A stretch of 64,000 nucleotides of DNA. Source: a bacterium. Lineage in GTDB: Bacteria > SAR324 > NAC60-12. A program made the translations under genes and the position numbers. The notes under the pieces were generated by a model, which did not search any database, was not told the origin of the DNA, and saw nothing but the letters and a program-made list of their open reading frames with translations. Shown piece by piece: positions 8,626 to 19,679 of the stretch. The DNA lies in contig OZ242383.1 of the NCBI GenBank assembly GCA_965209155.1, positions 1,280,001-1,344,000 on the forward strand, written 5' to 3'. Position 1 is the first letter of the stretch; the number at the start of each line of letters is the position of its first letter.

Positions 8626-10687
8626 ATGCTCCGGTAAGCCGCTGCACTTGCCACATGCTGGCTACGCACACCACTGGCTCAGAGGCCACCAGCCGTTGCG
8701 CATCCAAAATCGCTTGGCCTCCTTGCATGGCCGAGAGCCGGCAAAACGCATCCAAAGCGAAACCGAAGCACACAATGTTGTCATCGGTTTTGATCACGCG
8801 TAACATTCCACGTCGCAATTCCGCAATAGATGCGCTGGACAGACGATTGTTGTCGGAGCCTTGTTGCGTTGCCAGTATCACGGCCGCCCAGAGGGCATTC
8901 TCGCGAACTGCCGAACGCACTTGTTCGTTGAAGCGCGGAACCACCGCTTGAGGAAGCACGCCGGGCTCTGAATAGAACACACCGCTGCCTTCACACATGT
9001 CTGATTCATCTGTAGGCCGAATGTCGTATATTCCTCGCTTCTGAGCGATGTCCTGGGCCAGTCGATTCTCCTCTCTTTCGAGGCATTCGACCAGTGCCGA
9101 AACTACCCCAGCCGCTACCTCGAACCTGCCGTCGCGTAAGGCGCGCCGTCCGACAAGACCGAGTGACGCTGCGCAGGTAGCGCGAACGTGGACCGAATGG
9201 TCGCGCTCGAGCAACTCCCGGAGAGCGTCCACCACCTCAGGCTCTGCGGGGGCTGCCTCGCCGAGAGCCCAAGCTGCATTCTTCCTCGCCCATTTGTGGG
9301 TCGAAGGCGAGAGGGCCACGTCCAACGCAACCTCGTACGCCGCATCGGTCCCTGCGGCGACGATGCCGTGGGTGGCTGCGCGTCGCACACTCTCGCGGTC
9401 GTCCACGAAGGCCTGCCTCAGCACCTTGACTCCCTGCGCAGTCGTAGCCAGGTGGTAGGCCGCGGCAACTCTCTGCGGCTCATGCTCGTCTCCGCAGAGG
9501 TACAACTGCTTCTCAAGCTCCTTGGTAGTCTGTTGGGAGGCAACGCTTGGCGGTGCCGCACCAGTAGCCCATGCGAAGATCGGCTCCCACACCGCCACCG
9601 CTTCTGGTGAGTGCAGAGGGATGCCGGTAAGCGGGTCCACAGCAGGCAACAGCCGCATGCACGCAGTCTCATGCTCTGACGGAGACGGATCGCTCGCTGG
9701 CGCCTGCGGTGGCTCCGTTGTCCGATACATCCAAAATCGCCACATATAGCGAGGGTTCTCAACCCAGAGTGATGGGTCATCACTGCGCCGCTGCCCTCGA
9801 TGAAGGCAGTTTGGGTTCATCAGCACAACAGAGCCTGCGGGCACACACAGCTTGACCTGGCGGACAAGTGGCCACCGGGTGCCTGCGACGGCACTGTCTA
9901 AACGGCAGTCACGCTCTGCGAGGTCAGGATTTGCGCCCATTTTCTCTCGCAAAAAGTTGTAGTCCAGCATTTCAATGCTGATGTTGTCGTTGTTCTCGTC
10001 ATGGTCGAAGGTCCAGTATTGCGAGTGTGGCACGAGCACTGTCGGTGCCATAGTCTCTGGGACCTCCTGGGGGTAGTAGAACAGGTCGATGGTCTCGAGG
10101 TGATGGAAACGGAGGCCTGGTTTTCGCGCATTCCATGGAAGCAGGTCGTCCTTGTGCCAGTGCTGATCATAGGAACCGGCCGAGATAACATGACCTCCAA
10201 AGGGCACGATTGCCGAACCGGGGCCGAGGATGTTTTCCACTGCAGCCGTGAGCCCGGGTGAGGCAAAAATCTCGGACAGCTCTGGCACTTCCGCTGCAAG
10301 GTTGGCAGCAAAGATCACCTTTTCCGTTACCGATTTCTCCTCAGCAGCACCGGTCAGTTTGACGTTTTTTACTCCGAATGATCGCACTTGAGGAGCTTCC
10401 GGATGGAGTCCCCTGCCCACCTGCTCTGGTGGAGCCACGCTCAAGGTACCGTTCGGCGCAGTGTCTTGTCTCTTTGCACGCTGCCGCTGCAGTGCCTTCA
10501 GCGCATTCGTTGTCTGCTGGTGAATTCGCGGGTGAATGCTGGCGTCCACACCCAGGTCCTCGGGTGTCAGCAGGATGAAACCTCGCGACACGTATTCTGC
10601 CAACCGGGCCCGTGAATTGATGCTTTTGGCGGCCCGTGGCTCCTCTAGCGTGTGGGTTACACTGATGGTATGCGTCGGTTTATACAA
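8624..10687 (-). CDS. PhyH-family dioxygenase fused to HEAT/PBS-lyase repeats
   Basis: QHWHKD (HxD), distal LHRG, then VRRAATHGI / ARKNAAWALGE / VRATCAASLG repeats; TTG start with GGAGGA RBS; visibly GC-richer than the flanks. Confidence 0.8.
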   Translation of the reverse strand: MYKPTHTISVTHTLEEPRAAKSINSRARLAEYVSRGFILLTPEDLGVDASIHPRIHQQTTNALKALQRQRAKRQDTAPNGTLSVAPPEQVGRGLHPEAPQVRSFGVKNVKLTGAAEEKSVTEKVIFAANLAAEVPELSEIFASPGLTAAVENILGPGSAIVPFGGHVISAGSYDQHWHKDDLLPWNARKPGLRFHHLETIDLFYYPQEVPETMAPTVLVPHSQYWTFDHDENNDNISIEMLDYNFLREKMGANPDLAERDCRLDSAVAGTRWPLVRQVKLCVPAGSVVLMNPNCLHRGQRRSDDPSLWVENPRYMWRFWMYRTTEPPQAPASDPSPSEHETACMRLLPAVDPLTGIPLHSPEAVAVWEPIFAWATGAAPPSVASQQTTKELEKQLYLCGDEHEPQRVAAAYHLATTAQGVKVLRQAFVDDRESVRRAATHGIVAAGTDAAYEVALDVALSPSTHKWARKNAAWALGEAAPAEPEVVDALRELLERDHSVHVRATCAASLGLVGRRALRDGRFEVAAGVVSALVECLEREENRLAQDIAQKRGIYDIRPTDESDMCEGSGVFYSEPGVLPQAVVPRFNEQVRSAVRENALWAAVILATQQGSDNNRLSSASIAELRRGMLRVIKTDDNIVCFGFALDAFCRLSAMQGGQAILDAQRLVASEPVVCVASMWQVQRLTGA

Positions 10688-10813
10688 TTTTCCTCCAATA
10701 TTAAATTTTTAGGTAAGGGGTTAAGAGACCGCGCTTGGCCAGGTCCGCGGCAAAACCTGGCAGGCGGTTATCCATTGTTACAGAGAAGAAATGGGAATTG
10801 AAATTCATAAAAA

Positions 10814-13438
10814 TTATGGAATTGGTTCTTCTTCCAATTTTACTCGGAAACGACCTATTTCAAAGAGTTTCCTGAGAGCGACCTCGACGATCAGCAAGAA
10901 GCACGATGCGAATAAAAAATAGGGCCAGAGCGGCACTCCACGATTCGAGACGTCGCCTTCGACGTTGAAAAGTGGGCTTAAGTCTTCTTCAGGATGGAGA
11001 ATCCGTCCTCCCGTGATGTGCGCAAGTTGGTTCAAGAGATTGGTGTTGGTTTTTAAATTTTGAAATTCGCTGGTATAAGGAATCCCATAACCAAAGGTTT
11101 GCGAGTTGACCACTTTTTCAGCCTTGAGCTCATACAAATTGAGATAATAGGCCCCGGTTTCCTCTACTGGAAATATACCTTTGTATTTTCCCGGAGCAAT
11201 TTGTTCCAAAGCAATTTCCTCGTTTGATTGGGTTTGATTGGGAAAAAGCACCTTTATTTTCAATTCCAGGTTATTGATAAAGCGGTTTTCTTGATCGGTG
11301 ACGTCCACCAGAAAATGACCTTGATCATCCACTTTTTCAATGAGGACATCGTATTGACCTGCCGTCTCATTTTTTTCCACCCATTTGACCATCCGACCTG
11401 CAAATGGACCATAGTTGTCCCATTGAAGCCATTGCTTTCCCCAGCGTCCTGACAAATCGGAAGTGAAAGCCAGGCTTTTTCCGAGGCCATAGCGCTTAGT
11501 CACCAGCAGGGGACCTTCTCTTGTTTTCAGTTGAATGGTGGCTTCGGGTTTGGGATAGGTGATATCCATGCCCAGCACAGGAGGAAAATCGCTATCTTCG
11601 TAGCCCTCCATAAAATCCGAGTAATGTTCCAATTCGGGTTGCAGTTCTTCTTCCAGGATCACTTTACGGGAAACAATTTTTATTTCATCGACAAAAATCC
11701 GGGGAATGTTGCCTGCATCATTGGTGCGGTAACTTCTTCCTTTACCTCGATCCGCCATGTTTTTCATGAATGAATAATTGGCGTCTTCTCCCACGGCAAC
11801 GGTGGAAATGGTGATTTCCTTCTCCACTGCGGTGTTTAGCAAGGTATTGAGTCGTTCTTTTTCAGTTGCTGCATCGAAGATCTCTCCATCGGAGAGAATA
11901 ATGACGTGCTTTTTGATGGAGGCGTGAGTTTGGATCGTTGCAATGGCTTCTTGCAACCCCTGGAATAACTTGGTTCCCCCATCTGCTTTCAAAGAGAGTA
12001 AACTCCTGGCAATCGTTTTTCGATTTTTTGCGGAAGTGAAGGGGACGGTCCATTGATAATTCGCATCGAAGGCGATCACTCCCACCATATCTTTGGGATT
12101 CAACAATTCCACTGCGGAGAATACGGCGATTTTGGCGGCTTCCAGTTTCTTTTGGCTCCCCAGGTTCTTGACCATGCTGGTCGACTTGTCTATGACGAAA
12201 ATGATGCTCAAACTGCTATAGACGAGTTCGGTTGGTGGGTCCATCAGGACCGGTAACGCTCTTTCAACAGGAGTTTTGCGGTATTCGCCTGCACCGAAAC
12301 TTTGAGGACCTCCTATCATCAACAATCCTCCTCCGACGTCCTTGACGAATTTTTCCAGGTTCTCCATATCCTGCTCTGACAACTGAGTGCTTGGCACATT
12401 GTCGAGAATGATGGCTTTATAATCGATGATATCATTCATGGAAGCAGGGAGGTCCTGGACCTTCAAAACATCGAGATGAAATCCCTGCTCCCGCAAGGCA
12501 ATCACCAGGGGAACTTTGGAAGCTCCGCTTTCGCTCAGGTACAAAACACCGGATTTACGTATCGCCGAGGTAAAGGATAAGCCTTCGTTGTTTTGATAGA
12601 CGACATCTTCTTTTGGATTGATCACTGCTTTGTAGCTGTAAATTCCAGGTGTGTGAACCACGTCTATCAAACGAAAAACATTCTTACCAGGCAGCAATGG
12701 GATGGTGTGGTTGGCGATCAGTTCCCCATTTCTCAGGAGAATCAGGTCGCCTTCGCTTTCTTTAGCGCTGACAACCCGTATATGGACTTCAAAAGGAGAT
12801 TGCAAAGCAACAAGGGACGGGGTTTCTATTCCTTCAATTCGTACTTCGTTTTTTTCTTGTTGGGATTCCAGGGAAAGAGAGAAGATCTGAATATTGAGGG
12901 ATTTTGCTAAAAATGCTATCTCTTCCGCCTGTTTGAGATTTTGGTTTCCATCCGAGATCAGGAGGATGCGATTGGTTCCTTGATCCGGTAATTTTCCAAC
13001 AGCCAATTGAAGACCTTCGTAGATATTGGTAAATTTTGAGTTGATATGAGAACGGTGGAACTCTGTCGGAAAATTGGGGGTCAGAGGAACCTCGAGGGAC
13101 GATTTTTTCCCGAACCTGATCAGCCCCGCCCGATCTTCTTCTTTCATGGCGCGAACCGCTTTTTCAATATAAGACCGGGCGACATTCTCTCCTGCGTGAA
13201 ACACGCTGTCGGAAGCATCCACGACAAAGAACAAATTGACTCCATCAGCGCCATGATGCAAGCGTGGCTGTGCCAGGGTCACGCCCATCAATAAAATGAC
13301 CAAAGATCGCATTGATGCGGATGTCAGGTTTCGAATGGTGCCCTGCTGCCGGACAGTTGGCAGGTAAACCATGTACCAGACAAAGGGTATTGCCAGCCAA
13401 ATCAGCAGATAGTAGGGGTTCGTGAGAGTAACAGACAT
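10814..13438 (-). CDS. Membrane protein with two vWA domains and a glutamine-amidotransferase-like domain
   Basis: DASDS and DKSTSM MIDAS motifs; GGGLLMIGGPQSFGAGEY. Confidence 0.88.
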   Translation of the reverse strand: MSVTLTNPYYLLIWLAIPFVWYMVYLPTVRQQGTIRNLTSASMRSLVILLMGVTLAQPRLHHGADGVNLFFVVDASDSVFHAGENVARSYIEKAVRAMKEEDRAGLIRFGKKSSLEVPLTPNFPTEFHRSHINSKFTNIYEGLQLAVGKLPDQGTNRILLISDGNQNLKQAEEIAFLAKSLNIQIFSLSLESQQEKNEVRIEGIETPSLVALQSPFEVHIRVVSAKESEGDLILLRNGELIANHTIPLLPGKNVFRLIDVVHTPGIYSYKAVINPKEDVVYQNNEGLSFTSAIRKSGVLYLSESGASKVPLVIALREQGFHLDVLKVQDLPASMNDIIDYKAIILDNVPSTQLSEQDMENLEKFVKDVGGGLLMIGGPQSFGAGEYRKTPVERALPVLMDPPTELVYSSLSIIFVIDKSTSMVKNLGSQKKLEAAKIAVFSAVELLNPKDMVGVIAFDANYQWTVPFTSAKNRKTIARSLLSLKADGGTKLFQGLQEAIATIQTHASIKKHVIILSDGEIFDAATEKERLNTLLNTAVEKEITISTVAVGEDANYSFMKNMADRGKGRSYRTNDAGNIPRIFVDEIKIVSRKVILEEELQPELEHYSDFMEGYEDSDFPPVLGMDITYPKPEATIQLKTREGPLLVTKRYGLGKSLAFTSDLSGRWGKQWLQWDNYGPFAGRMVKWVEKNETAGQYDVLIEKVDDQGHFLVDVTDQENRFINNLELKIKVLFPNQTQSNEEIALEQIAPGKYKGIFPVEETGAYYLNLYELKAEKVVNSQTFGYGIPYTSEFQNLKTNTNLLNQLAHITGGRILHPEEDLSPLFNVEGDVSNRGVPLWPYFLFASCFLLIVEVALRKLFEIGRFRVKLEEEPIP

Positions 13439-13445
13439 CGTGGTC

Positions 13446-15308
13446 CTATCTGGTTTTCAGCCAAAAATGCCATTCCAACAAAATAAACAAAGCAGCCATC
13501 AAAAAGAGAAATCCCCAAAGCGAATATTGGGCAATTGCCTTGTTGACGATAAGACCCAGCGCCGTTCGCGTGTCGGCATTTGGAAATTCTGGTACCCGGA
13601 TGTCGGATTCTTGTTCATTGAGTAAATTGACTGCGAAAAATTGATTGCTACGTCCTTGCTGGGCAAGGTATATACCGGTTTCCATGGTATTGAAAAAATG
13701 AAACCGACTGGATTCGGGGAAATGAGTTTCAATCTTTCCCGATGGCAATTGAATGGTCACTTCTTGAGTTCTGCTTCTCAATTGCAACGGAAAAGGACTA
13801 CCTGCTTGGGATTGTAATGAGGCAAATTCGAATTTGTAAGGGTACAGCCATCGAAAAATATTGTTCATCAAGACTGGAAAAGCGACTTTCATTGGCAATA
13901 CGGAGCGGTTCAGGTCGAATGCGAACTGCACGACTCGCAAATCTTCGTTTTCATAAGTGTAAAGCAATCCTGTTTGCCGGGACTCCACCAGCGAGTGCAG
14001 CGTCTCGTCGGAGTCCTCCGCAATCACCTGGACCCGAGTAGCAACTTCCGGATGAATCCCTGCCCAGTCTAAATTCTTCATGATGGGGTGATTCCGATCC
14101 CAGTCCGAAATAGCGGGGTTCTCTATCGTGTTTCCCGGGAAAAGGGGGAGGTCAGGAGAATAAGAATCGATCAGGAGGAAATTACCGGTTTTGGTGAAAG
14201 GGGGTGACATGCGGTCCATAATAATAATGTCTTGTTGCTCGACCTGGTGTTCCCATGAGCCGGGAGATGCGAATGCGCTTTGTTCCAGGATGATATTGGG
14301 ATGCGCTGCCAATAATTTTTCCAGGAAATAGTTGCCTTTGGTGAACAGTAGCACTTTAACCGGCTTGGGAGGTACCAGAACCGCAAAGGCTTGATTGTCA
14401 ATTGGAAAGTCATCCTCCAGCTCCAGCAGGGCTTCCGCAATTCCGGGTTTGTTTCCGGAATAAGGAAAAAATAATACTTTCTTCTCCTGTGGGTCGAGGG
14501 TGACCTCCGGATTGGCCAGCACCGTGTTATTGACTCTCAAGAGCAGGGGAATTTGTTGCGGTGTTTGATTGAAGTTGCGTATTTCCAGCAGCACCTGGTA
14601 TCGATCTTCACCAACGAATTCTTTACGGATCTCGAATTTAAGGATGCCTGTGTTTTGATTGCCTCCCTGGATGAGGATAGGTTTCACGTTGTCGTGAATT
14701 TCCGAAATATTGTGAAATTCCCCCCCTGCCCCATCAGTGATTACGAAAATTTGATCGTCACGATCTACTTCGAAAAAAGAGAGCGCCAAAAAAACGGCTT
14801 TCTTTAAGTTTCCGGCAGCATCCACCGGTTGGATTTCTTCAATCACCGCAGATAATTTTTGCTTGTCACCGGAAAAATGGATTTTCACCTGTGGAGTCAT
14901 TCCAGATTCGATGATCAGGGCCTTACTGAGCACGGGAAGGTCCTCGATCAACTGCAATGCTTTTTCGCGAGCATGATCGAAGCGGGTTTGCGTGCCGCTG
15001 CGAGTTTGCATGCTGGCACTGGTATCCAGTACCAAAATCATGTTGCCGTATTGTTCGGTGTTCCAGAGCCAGACCGGTTGGATCAAAGCGAGTGTGGAGA
15101 AGAGGATGATCAGGATCTGAAAAAGCAAAGGGAGGTTTTTAAGCAGACGTCGCCAATGCCATCCTGCAGGCTGTTCGCGCAGGACTTCTCTCCAGAGAAA
15201 GAGAGTTGTCACCGGCACTTCTCTTGCCTTGGGTTTGAGGCTGTGAATCAGTAAAAGAATCGGAATAAGTCCCAAAAGGAGCAATCCAACAGGATTCAAA
15301 AGTTGCAT
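13446..15308 (-). CDS. BatA/vWA domain protein
   Basis: BatA N-terminus (NP..LL..IP..LIH...LFLW), LDTSASM, C-terminal TM helix. Confidence 0.88.
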   Translation of the reverse strand: MQLLNPVGLLLLGLIPILLLIHSLKPKAREVPVTTLFLWREVLREQPAGWHWRRLLKNLPLLFQILIILFSTLALIQPVWLWNTEQYGNMILVLDTSASMQTRSGTQTRFDHAREKALQLIEDLPVLSKALIIESGMTPQVKIHFSGDKQKLSAVIEEIQPVDAAGNLKKAVFLALSFFEVDRDDQIFVITDGAGGEFHNISEIHDNVKPILIQGGNQNTGILKFEIRKEFVGEDRYQVLLEIRNFNQTPQQIPLLLRVNNTVLANPEVTLDPQEKKVLFFPYSGNKPGIAEALLELEDDFPIDNQAFAVLVPPKPVKVLLFTKGNYFLEKLLAAHPNIILEQSAFASPGSWEHQVEQQDIIIMDRMSPPFTKTGNFLLIDSYSPDLPLFPGNTIENPAISDWDRNHPIMKNLDWAGIHPEVATRVQVIAEDSDETLHSLVESRQTGLLYTYENEDLRVVQFAFDLNRSVLPMKVAFPVLMNNIFRWLYPYKFEFASLQSQAGSPFPLQLRSRTQEVTIQLPSGKIETHFPESSRFHFFNTMETGIYLAQQGRSNQFFAVNLLNEQESDIRVPEFPNADTRTALGLIVNKAIAQYSLWGFLFLMAALFILLEWHFWLKTR

Positions 15309-16205
15309 TTATTTTACCAGGTTCCCTTCCATCAGGTAATGAACCAGGAAATAGTTAAAGGGTGTTTGGGTATCCACAAGAAAAAAATCGGCACCGATGG
15401 CAAGACAAAATTCCCGGATCCCTGCGATATAATTTTCCAGTCTGTTTCTATAGAGTCCCCGCATTTCCATATCCAGAGTCAATTCTCGTTTAGTACCGGA
15501 TTCGATATCCGTCAGCTTTAAAAAACCGTTCAAAATCGGATCGATTTCCTGATGATCGAGTATTTGAATCAGGTTGATGTCCAGATTTTGATAGTGGAGG
15601 GCTTTCACTCCCTTTTCAAACCCCCTTTCATCGAGGAGATCGCTCAAAACAATGACTAAACCGTTGGGAGGGACCGAAGAGGCGAATTCGACCAAGGCCG
15701 CATTGAGGTTGGTGGAACCGGCAGTTTTCAAATTTCTTAAAAATTCCAGGATCAAAAAATAAACCTGCCGACCTCGTTCCGGCATTTTTGCGAAAATCAT
15801 CCGGTCATTGAATGAACTGACCATGACTCGATCCAAATTTGCCAGGCTGATGTAACTCAAGGCCGCAGCGATTTTTTTGGCATACAACGATTTCAGCGGA
15901 TTTCCACTTTCCATGGAGAGACTGGTATCCAACAAAATGTAAATCGATTGTTCTTTTTCCGCCTTGAACAATTTGATGAATAAACGCCCCAGTCTCCCAT
16001 AGACGTTCCAATCGACATACCGCAAGTCATCACCGGGTTGATAAGCGCGATAATCCAGAAACTCCTGGCTGCCTCCGGTACGTATGGAATTGCGTTCTCC
16101 CACGTACATACCCCTGGCTTTCTTTTTGGCCAGCAACAGTAAGTGTTCCAGTTTCTCTAAAAAATCATCCTCTAAAAAAGGATCGCTTTGAACTGCTTTT
16201 GTCAT
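15309..16205 (-). CDS. DUF58 domain protein
   Basis: EFLDYRAYQPGDDLRYVDWNVYGR. Confidence 0.92.
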   Translation of the reverse strand: MTKAVQSDPFLEDDFLEKLEHLLLLAKKKARGMYVGERNSIRTGGSQEFLDYRAYQPGDDLRYVDWNVYGRLGRLFIKLFKAEKEQSIYILLDTSLSMESGNPLKSLYAKKIAAALSYISLANLDRVMVSSFNDRMIFAKMPERGRQVYFLILEFLRNLKTAGSTNLNAALVEFASSVPPNGLVIVLSDLLDERGFEKGVKALHYQNLDINLIQILDHQEIDPILNGFLKLTDIESGTKRELTLDMEMRGLYRNRLENYIAGIREFCLAIGADFFLVDTQTPFNYFLVHYLMEGNLVK

Positions 16206-16303
16206 CTTTGAAAAGGGTGACGGGACTATGAGGACTTCCGTAAAAAATCACATTCATGCAGAATTAGAGTGTCCGGGTGGCAATTGTTTCAAAAAGCAGT
16301 GAT

Positions 16304-17299
16304 TCAGTGACTTTCCGGAAGAGTTTGCACGATATGGTCAATCAGATCATCCACTTCTATCGATTCGGCAAGGCCCTTCAAGCTGAGGATGACACGATGC
16401 CGTAATGCGGGTTTGGCCACTTCCCGGATATCCTCGAAGGCAACGTTGTAGCGTCCATCGAGCAATGCGTTCAGTTTGGCGGCTAGTACCACAGTCTGCA
16501 ATCCCCGCGGGCTCGAACCATAGCGGACATAGTTCTTTGTCATCTCCACCGGACAATTCGGGGTAGGATGAGTCGCCATCAACAACCGAATTGCGTAATC
16601 TTGCACATGCGATGCAATCGGTACTTGCCTGACCAGGGGGCGCGATGCCAGAATGGCAGGGGTATCCATCACCGTTTGCAGCTCCGGCTCGTGCTCACCC
16701 GTAGTTTTTTCCAGGATCGCCCCCAACTCATCCGGATTGGGAAATTGAATGGTCAGCTTGTAAAAAAAGCGATCAATTTGAGCTTCCGGCAGGGGGTAAG
16801 TGCCCTCCATTTCGATGGGATTCTGAGTCGCCAGCACCACAAAAGGCTGTTGCAGTTGGTATTCGTTTCCAAATATCGTGATTTTGTTTTCCTGCATCGC
16901 TTCCAGAAGAGCCGATTGGGTTTTGGGAGTGGCCCGGTTGATTTCATCTGCCAGGATGATTTGTGCGAATAGGGGACCTTTATAAAATTCGAAACTGCGG
17001 TTGCCTCGTTCGTCCTCGTTGACCAGATTGGTGCCCAAAATATCGATCGGCATCAAATCCGGCGTGAATTGAATCCGGGAATACTCCAGGTCGAGTACTT
17101 GACTGAAAGATTTCACCAACAGTGTCTTACCCAATCCCGGTATACCTTCAATCAATGCGTTACCTCCACAGAGGATACAAGAAAAGAGAGACTTGATGAT
17201 CGATTTCTGCCCTACAATGATCTTGGATAACTCTTGATCAAGCAGGTCGAATTTGCGTCGTAGTTCTTCAGTTTGATCTTCCTTGGAATTTGGTGTCAT
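16304..17299 (-). CDS. moxR: MoxR family AAA+ ATPase
   Basis: GIPGLGKT, RIQFTPDLMP, LADEINRA, ATQNPIEMEGTYPLPEAQ. Confidence 0.95.
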   Translation of the reverse strand: MTPNSKEDQTEELRRKFDLLDQELSKIIVGQKSIIKSLFSCILCGGNALIEGIPGLGKTLLVKSFSQVLDLEYSRIQFTPDLMPIDILGTNLVNEDERGNRSFEFYKGPLFAQIILADEINRATPKTQSALLEAMQENKITIFGNEYQLQQPFVVLATQNPIEMEGTYPLPEAQIDRFFYKLTIQFPNPDELGAILEKTTGEHEPELQTVMDTPAILASRPLVRQVPIASHVQDYAIRLLMATHPTPNCPVEMTKNYVRYGSSPRGLQTVVLAAKLNALLDGRYNVAFEDIREVAKPALRHRVILSLKGLAESIEVDDLIDHIVQTLPESH

Positions 17300-18798
17300 T
17301 GTGTTTTGTCGTCAATGGCTAAAAAATAATTTTTAATCAATGGCCGGTAGTGCAGAGGAATTTTTTCTTTTTGAAAGACGGTTTCCAGATCCTGCTCATA
17401 TTGTCGATTGAAGGCAATAGTTGGCAGTTCTGCTTCACCGATGGTAGTCAGGGTTTGTACTTGAACTTTGGTATGCTTCCCTTCTCCGCTAAGCCCTTTT
17501 ATTTTCGAAATGGCGTCTCGCGCGCGTTGAGCAGGGGAGGGGGTCTGACGGATCCCTTTTGACGGCATGTCTCCGGCCTGGTTTCCCGCTTCCTCATGTG
17601 AAAGATCTCCGGTTCCGTCTCCCGGGAAAAATTGGAAATCCTTGCCGGTCTGCATTGATTGATCAGCCAATCCCCCATTGCGTCTGCTTTCTTCGGAGTT
17701 TGAGCGCTCTGTGTTCGGAGATTCCCGGTCCTCGTTCGAGTACGCTCCTCCTTCTTTTCCTGCTTGCTCTGAATCAATGGATCTTTCCTGGTGTATACCC
17801 TTTTCCTCTTGCGCCAGGCTTTCTTCCAGCATCTGCTCCAATTCCCGGTTCCTGTTGAGGGCAGCCAGGCTTTCCGACAAGGAAAGGGGAATTTCTTCCG
17901 CAGACAAGTTACTCAATTCCTCTTCGATTTGATCGAGGTACTCCGGGTTGATCCCGTGCTGCAAAATACTCTCGAGAGTAGGAAGCCTGTTTGCCAGTTC
18001 GGGATCGATTTGTGCTGGCAAATTTTCGATAATTTCACTTTGAGCCTCACTGAGTTCGTTTTTCAATCTATTTTTTTCTTGAATAGTCTGCTGGCTGAGG
18101 GCATCCGATTTTTGCGATTTTTTTATCATCTCTGTCACTCTCTCTTCCAAATCCTTTTGGGCCAACTCCTCTTCAGGCTTTTGAATTTCAGAAGGGTTGG
18201 AAATGTTTTCCAGCTTATAAAATGGCTTCAAATTTTCAGTTTCTTCATGGAGGGCTTTACTTCCGGCAAGATTCGCAATGGCAGATTTCAGGGACTCCGG
18301 AACCATGTCTGGCAGACTGTTGATGAGAAAAAAGACTGCCAGGCATGAGGCGATGACCAATAAAGGAAGTTTGTAGCGACAACCGTAGAGCTGATTGAGA
18401 GGAAGGTAATGAAACGATGTCGTTGCAGTTTGAATGAGCTTGTCCGCAATAAAGGACTGTTGCCCCACCTGATGAACTTCGTAAGCTGTTCGTAGTAGTG
18501 CTTTCAAATGAAAACGCTGATCAAGCATTACGAGTTCGTCTTCCAATTGTTTTCTGAACTTGAATTGGCAGGTTAAGGTCAAGGCTGCGGCAATAGCAAT
18601 AAGAATTGCGTAGAAAAGCCAGGTTTCCACTGAAATCGGGAAAATTTTTTGTAAAATAAATCCGAGTAACGAAAATGATAGTGTGGAGACAAGCATCCAC
18701 ATCACCGTTTGCGCAAGCCACTGATGCTCGATCACAGATTTCAAATGGCCGAGGTTTGCAGCAAAATCATTACGCTTCACGACGAATGGAGATTCCAT
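17296..18798 (-). CDS. Hypothetical membrane protein with coiled-coil/low-complexity C-terminus (MoxR operon)
   Basis: N-terminal TM helices, ends IP..YR.LIKNYF; overlaps moxR. Confidence 0.7.
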   Translation of the reverse strand: MESPFVVKRNDFAANLGHLKSVIEHQWLAQTVMWMLVSTLSFSLLGFILQKIFPISVETWLFYAILIAIAAALTLTCQFKFRKQLEDELVMLDQRFHLKALLRTAYEVHQVGQQSFIADKLIQTATTSFHYLPLNQLYGCRYKLPLLVIASCLAVFFLINSLPDMVPESLKSAIANLAGSKALHEETENLKPFYKLENISNPSEIQKPEEELAQKDLEERVTEMIKKSQKSDALSQQTIQEKNRLKNELSEAQSEIIENLPAQIDPELANRLPTLESILQHGINPEYLDQIEEELSNLSAEEIPLSLSESLAALNRNRELEQMLEESLAQEEKGIHQERSIDSEQAGKEGGAYSNEDRESPNTERSNSEESRRNGGLADQSMQTGKDFQFFPGDGTGDLSHEEAGNQAGDMPSKGIRQTPSPAQRARDAISKIKGLSGEGKHTKVQVQTLTTIGEAELPTIAFNRQYEQDLETVFQKEKIPLHYRPLIKNYFLAIDDKTQ

Positions 18799-18800
18799 GG

Positions 18801-19679
18801 TTATTCTTCCGGGGAAGGACGATTCCGCAACAGGATATGAATGGTTCGTATCAACAAGCTGATGACCAGGACCGTAAAAATTAAATATACTGTATAAGAA
18901 TTCAACCTGCTTGTCACGATTTCATCTGTGCGTTGATACAAATCATAAAGCAAAAACAAAGGATTGATCCAGGGAGCGAAATAGAAGGTGCAAAGAAGAA
19001 AAACCAACAAGAAGACGCGACTCGAATAGTGACTGGTCATGGTGCTTCCCCATTGCAGGTAAGTCACGAAACCATACAAACGACATAACAGGGAAAAACT
19101 CAAAATGATACTGAAAGCCTTGAACAATCCACTCCAGGATACTTGAGACACAGTTGCTGCAATGAGGAGAAAAGGCAGGTATGGCAGCAAAATGAGGGCG
19201 GTCTGGGTGGTGAATTTTATTAACCCGTAAGTGAGAAAAGTTCGTGTCTCTTCCCAGGTACCCTCGTTGGGAAGAAAATGGGGATTCAAGTATCCAGGCA
19301 TGAATTCTCCACGACCGCAAATCAGGTTAATGTAGACGCTTCCCACCAGGAGCGCCTCGGCAATCACTAAAAAATTGATTGGAATTTCGTTTGTCAGCAG
19401 GTATTCCGTTTTTACTTTTTGAGGCCAGAAAACGATCAAGAGGATCGCCAGAAACCAGGTCCCATGGAAAAGCATGGCAACCAAGGAGGGATTCAAGAGG
19501 TAATTCAGGGATCGATTACGATTTTTCCCCAGCAAATAATCCTCGGAAACCATCCGTATGGCAGGATGATGCCGTAAGCGATTCAGTTTTTGAAAAATGG
19601 GATTTTTCCCGGGAATTTGCATTTCAATTGAAATGTTAAAGAGTGGTTCTGAAAAACAACGCATCGGAATGCGTGTCAC
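18801..19679 (-). CDS. Hypothetical multi-pass membrane protein (start uncertain)
   Basis: About 6 hydrophobic segments; in operon. Confidence 0.6.
   Translation of the reverse strand: MTRIPMRCFSEPLFNISIEMQIPGKNPIFQKLNRLRHHPAIRMVSEDYLLGKNRNRSLNYLLNPSLVAMLFHGTWFLAILLIVFWPQKVKTEYLLTNEIPINFLVIAEALLVGSVYINLICGRGEFMPGYLNPHFLPNEGTWEETRTFLTYGLIKFTTQTALILLPYLPFLLIAATVSQVSWSGLFKAFSIILSFSLLCRLYGFVTYLQWGSTMTSHYSSRVFLLVFLLCTFYFAPWINPLFLLYDLYQRTDEIVTSRLNSYTVYLIFTVLVISLLIRTIHILLRNRPSPEE

Noticed and set aside
10728..10768. Imperfect hairpin as an integron attC site or c-di-GMP riboswitch
   Set aside because: Lacks the RYYYAAC...GTTRRRY arrangement and the riboswitch consensus; probably a terminator or leader hairpin.
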